The notes under the pieces: generated by a model | What the model was told of the DNA's origin: nothing | Seen by the model: only the letters and a program-made list of their open reading frames with translations | Databases searched by the model: none | Part shown: piece after piece, positions 30,401 to 39,400 of the stretch | Position numbering within the stretch: the stretch's first letter is position 1 | Layout of the letters: each line of letters opens with the position of its first letter | Made by a program: the position numbers and the translations under genes | Origin: Kiritimatiellia bacterium | Lineage (GTDB): Bacteria; Verrucomicrobiota; Kiritimatiellia; CAIVKH01 | Reading direction: 5' to 3' | Length of the DNA: 64,000 nt | Assembly: GCA_025054615.1 (NCBI GenBank) | Contig: JANWZO010000001.1 | Span: 143,499-207,498, forward strand

Positions 30401-33400
30401 GGCCCAAGATCGATTCCAAAGTTCGCGTTGTTGAAGACCTTCCCGGCGAACGCGACCTCGGCAGCATTGCTCATGAAGGAAATGCCATTGAACCCGTCGG
30501 CATTGCCGTCGGTCTTCCGAACCGCTACCGCCATGAAGATCTTGCCCGTCGTAAACGGATTGAAATACCGGAAGGCTTGGAGCTCGGTTCCGGCCGTATT
30601 GCCGCAGGCCTTGTTGCCGGCCGCGGCCGGATAGTTGGTGGGCACGTAAAGGTTGCCCGGATCGATGCTGAAGCCAACGTCCGGATTGTTGTTCCAGGCG
30701 TTCGTCCAGCCGGTGCCACCAATCATATTTTCCAGCGAGCCGGAACTGTTGGTGAATTGATCGACAATCTCGCCGGGCTGGTAGCCGAACACGCGCAAGG
30801 CCACAATATTGGTCCGCGTACCATTCGTCTGGTTGCCCACAAATAGCACGCGAGCCGTGTAGACGCCTGGCGCGAGCATGGACGGATCAACGGTATAGGT
30901 GTGCGACGTGACTGCGCCGTTGCCCAGCAGGATGATGTTTGAGGCAGGCGACACGGTCAGCCAGCCTGACGGCCCCACGAAAACGGTTTGTAGGCTGTAA
31001 ATCAACGCGCCGTTCCCAACATTTGTCGCAAATGTGTTGGGCCAAGGACTCGGTGCCGTGATTACGCCAAAGGTGGACGTGACCGAATGAATCGCCGGCG
31101 CAATCGCGAGCCCGGCCAGATTGGGCCCGACAATGACCGTGAACGGAATATCATTGGTCGCCACCAACTGGTCATGAATACCCCAGTCATTGTCGTTGTC
31201 GGCCACAACGACGCGAGCAGTCCAGATGCCCGTATCGTTGGTGGTCACCGATGGGATCGCCACCGCGCCGTTTGATACCGTTCCGTCGGTGAATACCAAC
31301 GCCCCGCCGTCCGTGAATTGCAGGAAATCAAATACTTTCGTCAGCCGTACGGTGCCGGTCGGGTCAATAAGCTGGAAGTAAGGCGAATTGTTCGGGGTAT
31401 TCGTGCTCGTGCCGTTCACATTGACGCCGCTTTCCACATCCCGCACGCGACCCGTAATCCACCAGCCGAAACCGTATTGAAGCTCATCGACGCGGACGGT
31501 ATTCACGCCGGTCACGCCGCGGATGCCAAAGAAGGAAAACTCCGGAGGCGTGGTGTCGTCGTCGCGGACGACCAGCAAACCGTGTTGTTGACCCGGATGG
31601 GATAGCTGGTCGCCGGGTCGGTCGTCATCGGCGTCGCGCCAGGTCAACACGACCGGATTCGTCCCCAGACCAAAAGCCGTGTTATTCACCAGCGCCGACA
31701 CCACGGACGCACTGAACGCATTCGTAAAGGTCCACGCGTTGGTGGAGGCCGTTGTGGTGTTTGTGAAATGGGTGCTCAAGACCGGATCCCAGTTGGCTGT
31801 GTTGCTGACTATTGCCGACCCGATAGAGAGATGGCTGTGGTACAGCGGGTCCGCTCCGACACCGCGGCTCAACCCGGAACCGGCGTCACTCGCCCCGAAG
31901 AAGAAGGTCAACGGCGAAGTCGGCGCAATCACATTCGCCAGGTAATGGTCAAAAAGAATGTACGTGATATTCGTTCCGCTGGAGCCCCCGACCGAGCCAA
32001 CAGCGTTGTTGTTGGAGCTGACGTGCATGAAATGCGATGCCGAGCTGTGAGGGGACTGAATGGTGTTCGCCACCGGCGGATTCGTGTCATCATCAAAAAC
32101 CACAAACGTTTGCACCGTGCCATTCGACAATGTCACGTGATTGTACCGCCACACTCCGTTCGAGGTGGCTGCGCTCCACCTCATGGTGTACACCCCAAGG
32201 ACGACGTCATTATAGGCGACGGCCGGCTGGACATGGTTGGACGATTGCAGCGACCGGCCGGCATCCGAATACAGGAAATTCGTGAAGGGCTGATCGTTGA
32301 TGACTATCGTGCCGAGCGGATTGAGGAAGTCATAGTCCGGATTGGTCGCGCTATTCGTCATGCCAAACAGACTGTAAAGCCAGAGTTGGACAGGATATGA
32401 ACCCGTGCGTAGCGCTGCGTCGGTGATTCCATTCGTCGCCCCAACGAGGTAATTCGTGGCATGCGGTGGACGGAGGTTGAAGAGGTCTTCGTAGGTCGGG
32501 GCAATTCTGACCTCGTCAAAATAGACATGGCCGACGCCGGATGGATTTGTCGCGCCGGAAATCAGGCGAATGCCGTCGATGTAGGTAGGTGCGTGGACCG
32601 CCGGAACTATATAGGTTGCGTCCCAAGTGATCGGTTCGCCGGTGGGGATGGAAGAGGATTGGTAGACCCCGATAACAGAAAGCTCTCGCGTGGCGAAATC
32701 GTACCGGCCCAGGACTGCATGGGTGTTGTTGGTGCCAGTGGACACGTAATAAGCAGATGATGCGCCTGCATAACCGGCCTGAATGCTCTCCACGCGGAGA
32801 TTTGTCGTCCCGCCACCCTTACCGACAAACAGATAGGGAGTGTTACCCTGCGCCAAATGAACGCCTGCAAAGTTAAGAAGATTATTGCTCTGCATCTGGA
32901 GCAGGAAGGCCACGTAGATGCGCCCTGTACTCGTGGCTGGGAATGGGCGATATAATTCGGCGACCTCCCCAACGCCCGGGTCAAATACCCAGAGCTTATT
33001 CGCTCCGTTGGTTGGATAGTTCAACGGCGCCGGGAGGCTTTGCGAGTGCCCAAGGAAATTATTGGTGCTCGTGATCGCGAACCAGTTGCCGGTGAATCCA
33101 ATACCCCGATGCTGCGCCACATAATTAATAAGGACGCTGTTCGTGTACGGGAACGGGTCGACAATCACCGAATCCACGTACGGCGGCGTATTTGTCGAGG
33201 CGGCCGTCGGCGTCGAGTAGTAGTTATTGTTGACCGCATAGATGCGGTAATGGTGCGTGGCGTTTGTCCGGACTGCGTGCTCAAGGCTCTGCAGTGTTCC
33301 GGTGTAGATCACCGTCCCGCCGCCGATCGTTGAACCGATCGAATACGACGTGCCGTTGACCGGGTCGGCCGTGGGCGCGCTGTCTTGGCGGTACACCAGC

Positions 33401-36400
33401 AAAACGGGCAGGGCCGAGCTCCACGCCAACCGGATAAATTCCGGTCCATCGGGGATCGCCGAGAGAAAAGAGGGAGGAGGTATGTTGCTGACTGTTATCG
33501 TCACCGGCACGCTAATCGGGCCGTTTGTCGCATTGCCCGAAATGACATTTGTGGCGACGAAGGTCCCCGCGTTGGTCAGGGATCCGCCCTGAAGAACAAC
33601 GTTGATGGTCGTTTGATCACACGCCGGATTCGTGCCCGCCCCAGGCGCAATCGCCAACCAATTCTGGAGACCCGCTCCATAGTTCGTGCTAATCGACCAG
33701 ATCAAATTGGTGAAACCCGTATTGATAATCGTAAGTTGCTGGGTAATCGACACATTGTCGCCCAGCATCGCAGAAAACGACATGGAGGTCGGACTGACCG
33801 CGATAGCAGGCGCTCCGGTGAACGCCCACAATTGGCACCAATTCCGAGCCACGCGGATTTCATCGAACCACGCGTTGCTTTGCACGCCGCCGCTGTAGGC
33901 GCCCACGGAGAATGCGAAACCGTCGATGAATGACGGCGCATACGCCGCGGGGACGATGTAGTTGGTGCTCCAGAGCGCGGGCTCAGTGAAGGGGATCGTC
34001 CCTGTCCGATAGATGCCGAGAATCGCCATCTCGCGGGTCTCAAAGTTATAGCGGCCGACCACGGTGTGAATATCGTTTGTGCCTGTCGTCACGAAATAGG
34101 TCGATATGCTTCCGCTGTGTGTGATGCTTTCCTGCACACCCAGATGCGAGGAGCCGCCAGGTACGCCATAGTAGAGAATCCGATTGGTACCGGACATTAG
34201 GTGCACGCCCGCATAACGCAACGATCCGACCGTTTGAAGGCGGAACGTGTACGCAAGGTAGATCCGCCCTGTGCTAAACGTGTACCCGAATGGGCGTGAG
34301 CGGATAGCCGTTCCATTGGTGCCGGGGGCGGGAAGGAACAGAGAATTGCCGCGGCCGCCGGGATGATTGGTGGGGTAGGCCAACGTGACATTCGTGATGT
34401 GGTAGGCGCCAGCCAGAGAACTGGTGGACGACCACGCGCCGCCCCAGCCCGTGCCGCCGTTGAGCAAGCCCAGCGGAACGCCGTTCGTGTAGCTGAACTG
34501 GTCGATGATCAGCACGTCGAAGCCCGGCGTATTTGTCGACGCGGAGACTGCCGTTGAATAGAAGTTGTTCGAACTGACCGAGTAAAGGGCGTAGAAGTTG
34601 GTGGACAGCGCGGGCACCACGTGCTCCAGGGACGTCGCCGGGCCTTTGTAAATGACCAGGGAGGATCCGCCGATCGTGTCGCCCGGATTATACGCTGTTC
34701 CCTGAACAGGTGCCGCCGGCGCAGCCCCGTTGCGGTAGACGAGCATCACGTTGAAATTCGAATGGTTATTCCAGTTGAGGCGCACCATCTGCGGCCCATC
34801 GGCTACAGCGGTGAGATTCGAAGGCGGGGCGGGATAGACATTGAGCGTAATCACAACATCAACCGGACCGTTCGTCGCATGACCGGCAATCCGATTCGTT
34901 GCGACAAAAGTCCCAACATTCGTCACGCTCGCCATGTTGAGGGAGGCGGTTACTACCTGAGCGCTCGATGTGTACACCACCATCGAGGTGTGGCTCAGCG
35001 ACACCCACCCGCTCAATCCATTCCCGTAAGAAAGCGTGTTCGTCGCGAACAAGTTCGCTCGGCCAATGTTCGTCACAACAAAGGTCGATGCCGTGGGTGA
35101 TCCGCCCCAGACCACGTTCCACACAATCGACGTGGGCGCGACCCCGATCCCGCCAAATCCCCAAAGCTGATCCCAACTGGGCGCGTAGAAAATTTCGTCT
35201 ACTGCCGTATTGCTGACAGAAACCCCTCCGATGCCCTCCAGGTAGATCTGCAACTGGTCAATATCCACGGGCGCATTTGCGACGGGATTCGTGAATGTTG
35301 CATGCCAAGTAGCCGGTTCAGACAGCGGTATCGTGTCTGTCCAGTGGTAGGCATAGAGTGACGCTACACGCGACGTAATGTTGTACCGGCCCACCACGGT
35401 ATACACATCGCCAGTGCCCGTACCTGTGGATACCGAAGACGTCACTCCCGCCCATGTCTGCTCTGCGAAAATCCCAAATTGGTACGTCCCGGGAGCAACA
35501 CCGAAGAAAACACCTCGCCCAAGATAGAAATCCCGGATGGTCATGCCGACGCGGCGATTTGGGCCAAAGGACTCGGTTCGGAACGTGTAGGCGAGATACA
35601 CGGTTCCCGTGTTGAAAATGTAGTCGGCTTCGATATTGCGCGTCCATATTGCATTCGTGGTGCTGTCGGGCAGCAGGCGGAACATGTTCGCCGCCGGCCC
35701 AGGGTGCCGTGTCGGAACCGGAAGGGACCCGTTCGTTACAACCCAAGTACTCAGGTTCCAAGCGCCGTTCCAACCAGTGCCCCCGTTCAGTCCTGCTAGG
35801 TACGTCATGCCATTCGTGTAACTGGCCTGCTCGACAACGGGGGAGCGGAACGGCGGCGTTACGGCCGAGACGAGGACTCCTGTGGAGTAAAACGCGCCAT
35901 TCGCCGAGTAAATGGCGTAGTAATTCAAGCTTGCCGCATTGACCACGTGCTCGAGCGAGGTCGCCGCTCCGCGGAAGGCTACAAAAGAGCCGGGGACGAT
36001 TTCATCGCCAGCGGAATAGTAGACGCCCTGTGCCGGAGCTGCTGGCGGGGCATTATAGCGATGGACCACCATCACCTCGAGACCGGGGTGATTCGACCAC
36101 GCCAACCGCACCATCTGCGGGCCATCCGGGGTGGCGGATGCGCTCGCCACAGGTGGCAGGTTTGACACATTCAAGGTATAGACGACGCGGATCGGGCTGT
36201 TCTCCGCATTCGCGGAGACCGTATTTGTCGCGATGAACGTGCCCGTATTCGTGACGCCAGCTGCCACGACAGCTCCGGTAAACACGCGGGTTTGAGCCGC
36301 GCCCACCGCGGCCGTAACCGGGCTAATCGACAGCCATCCACTGAGGCCCGCACCGTACGAGACGGTGTTAGTTACGTGCAGCGTTGCATAACCCAGATTT

Positions 36401-39400
36401 GTGACCACAAATATTCCTGACGTCGCCGTACCGCCTATAAAGGTGTTGATCACGATCGACGTCGGCCCAACCCCCATCGTCATCCGCTCCCACAGTTGAC
36501 CCCAGCTCTGCGCAACGCGGATTTCGTCGAGCCATGTATTCCCCAAAGACAGGCCTCCAAATCCGCCCATGTTGATTGACAATCCATCAATGCTTCCCGG
36601 TGCATTGGCCGCCGGGACGGTGTATGACGCATCCCACGTCGCTGGTTCGATCGCCGGAATTGTCGTCGTCTTGAAATACCCCAGAATATTCATCTCCCGC
36701 GTCGCAAAGTCATACCGACCGACCACTGTGTAAATGTCGCCCGTCCCCGTATTGATCACGTAGGAGGAATTTTGCCCGCCAAACGAAACGCTTTCCTCCA
36801 CCCCCAGAACCGTTTGCCCGCCCCGCAATCCGTAGTACAACCGCCCTGCTCCGTTCGACGTCAATTGCAGCCCAAGGTACCGGCCCGTGCCCACCGCCCC
36901 AGCTCGGAACGTATACGCCAGATAAAGTCGGCCTGTGCTATAGGCCGCTCCAAACGGTCGGTTCCTCGTCACATCCACATTGGCCGCCGGCGCCGGCACA
37001 TATAACGCATTCGCCGCCGCCCCAGGATGCCCGCTCGGCACCTCCAGACTCCCGTTCGTCACAATCCACGATCCCCCGCCACTACCCCACGCTCCACCCC
37101 ACCCAACACCGCCGTTCAATCCGGTCAGGCTCACCCCGTTCGTGTAGCTGGCCTGGTCTGTGATCAACACCTGAAACACCGGCGTCGTCGCCCCAGCGCT
37201 CACCCCAGGCGAGTAATAGTTGTTATTGATCGAATAAAACGCGTAGAAATTCGTCGACCCCGCCGGAACCACGTGCTCCAACGCCGATCCCGCCCCCTTG
37301 TAGATCACCAGCGAACTGCCTCCGATCGTGTCCCCAGCATTGTAGGATGTCCCCTGCGCAGGCGCTGCCGGCGCCGCCCCATTCCGGTACACGATCAACA
37401 CGTCAAAACTCGGGTGCTTCGTCCAGCTCAACCGCACCATCTGCGGCCCGTCCGCCACCGCAGACTGCGCCGAGGGATTCGGAATGTTCGTGATCGTCCA
37501 CGTCACGGAAATCGTCTGGGGACTGTTCGTCGTAAACGAATCGCCCGTGACGGTGATCGTCGCATTCGATACGCCGGCTTGAAGGCCGGCTATCAGTTGC
37601 ACGTGAACGGTGTGAATATTGCCGGCGCCCGGCGCCGCCGTGTTCGCCGTGTTGCTCACCGACAACCAACTGGCATTTGTCGCAAATGAGTAGGTTAGAG
37701 TCTCCAGACCGATGTTCGACACGCTAAACGACTGGAAAGAAGGAGACGGCAGTGACCCGAGCATCGAGGTAAATGCGATCGTGCCCGGATGGTTGGAAAT
37801 GCCGCTCCCCGCGCCCGTTCCCTGTATCGCGAAATTGTACGGATTCTTGCCCGTCGACGAACTGTTGGTGAACAAAACCTCCGCTGTGCGCAAGCCAATA
37901 GCCGACGGATCAAACTGCACCTGGAAGGTGGCCGTTGCGCCCGCAGCGATTTGCGTGGGAGGCTGGGTGACGACCGTAAAATCGGACGCGTGAGTCCCGA
38001 CAATCACCACATTGCTGATGGCGAGGGGACGATTTCCGGTGTTGGTGATGGTAAAGGTTCGGGTGAGGGTCGCACCCGACACACCAACGAGACCGAAATC
38101 GGTGTGATCCGCAGTGGACGGCGTCGAATCTCCGTCTGCAATGACCTGCCCATTACCCAGCACATCCAGGTTGTACGTGACTCCCGTGCCCGCGATCCGG
38201 AATGTGTAAGGTGATTTGCCGGCTACGGTGTTGGTGAACGTCAGATCCGTCCACCGCTCGCCGTCGGCGCTTGGGTCGAATTCAATCGTGATGTTCGTCG
38301 ATCCGCCCGCTGGCAGAGTCGCTGGCGGCTGATTGATGACCGTAAAGTCGGACGAATGCCCGCCAGAGAAACTAATTCCCCCTAGACCGATCGCCGCAGT
38401 ACCCGAATTCGTGATGGTAAAGACCCGCTGAAATGTGCCGCCATCCGTAACGACGTCGCCAAAGAGCGTGTGATCCGCAAACGACGGCGTGGTATCGCCG
38501 TTCACAATGAGGGTGTTGTTGCCGTAAACCTCCACATCGCCCGCCAGTCCTCCGCTCGTGAAGACAAGAAACAAGTTGCCGCCGCTGTTGGTCACCGAAA
38601 AAGCGCCCCCTCCCAAGGACGGCGAAAATCCGGTCGTGTTGACAACAAATCGGTTGGTTGCAAAACCACTAATCGATCCCGCATTTACGATGCGCCATGA
38701 GTAATTCGTGGAGCTGTCCCAACCCGTCGGGTTCCCATGAAGATAAATCACGAAGGGGTTGTCGACCGTTGAGTTAACCGTGACCGATCCGCTTCCACTC
38801 CCAACAACAATCTGATCCCACTCCGTACCCGGAGTGCCCGACACATTCGAAATATCAACTCGCATTCCGCCATTGGTTTGCAACGTAAGGTTGCCTGAAT
38901 TCAAATTGGCCCGGTCCCCTATGGTATTTCCCGGATCAACAAGACCGAAAACAGTCAAGGCGCCCACCGTCCCCGTTCCCCGCAATGTTCCGACTCCCAT
39001 GATCGTGTGCGCCGAGTTTGCCGATGAACCGCGAACGACCAGGACGCCATTGCTGATCGTGGTCGACCCACTGTAGGTATTGATGCTGTGCACGGTCGCC
39101 GTCCCAGTGCCGTCCTTGATCAACGGATTTGCGCCGATGTTCAGCGGCGTATTCCACTCTACTTCGCCCGCCCCGGCGAGGGTCAATCCAAACGCCGAAG
39201 TAATTGCAGTGCTGTTGGAAACATGGAGCCTTCCGGCATCTGAGCTGATCCTCGTCGCCGATGAGAAGAAGATGCGGCCCGTCAACGTATTGTCGCCGCT
39301 GATATTTCGCAGGGCGCCGCCGCTGTTAATGCCCGCCCCCGCCAAATAGATCCGCTCTCCCAGCGTAAAACCTCCGGCCACTTCCAGCGCCGCTTCCATC

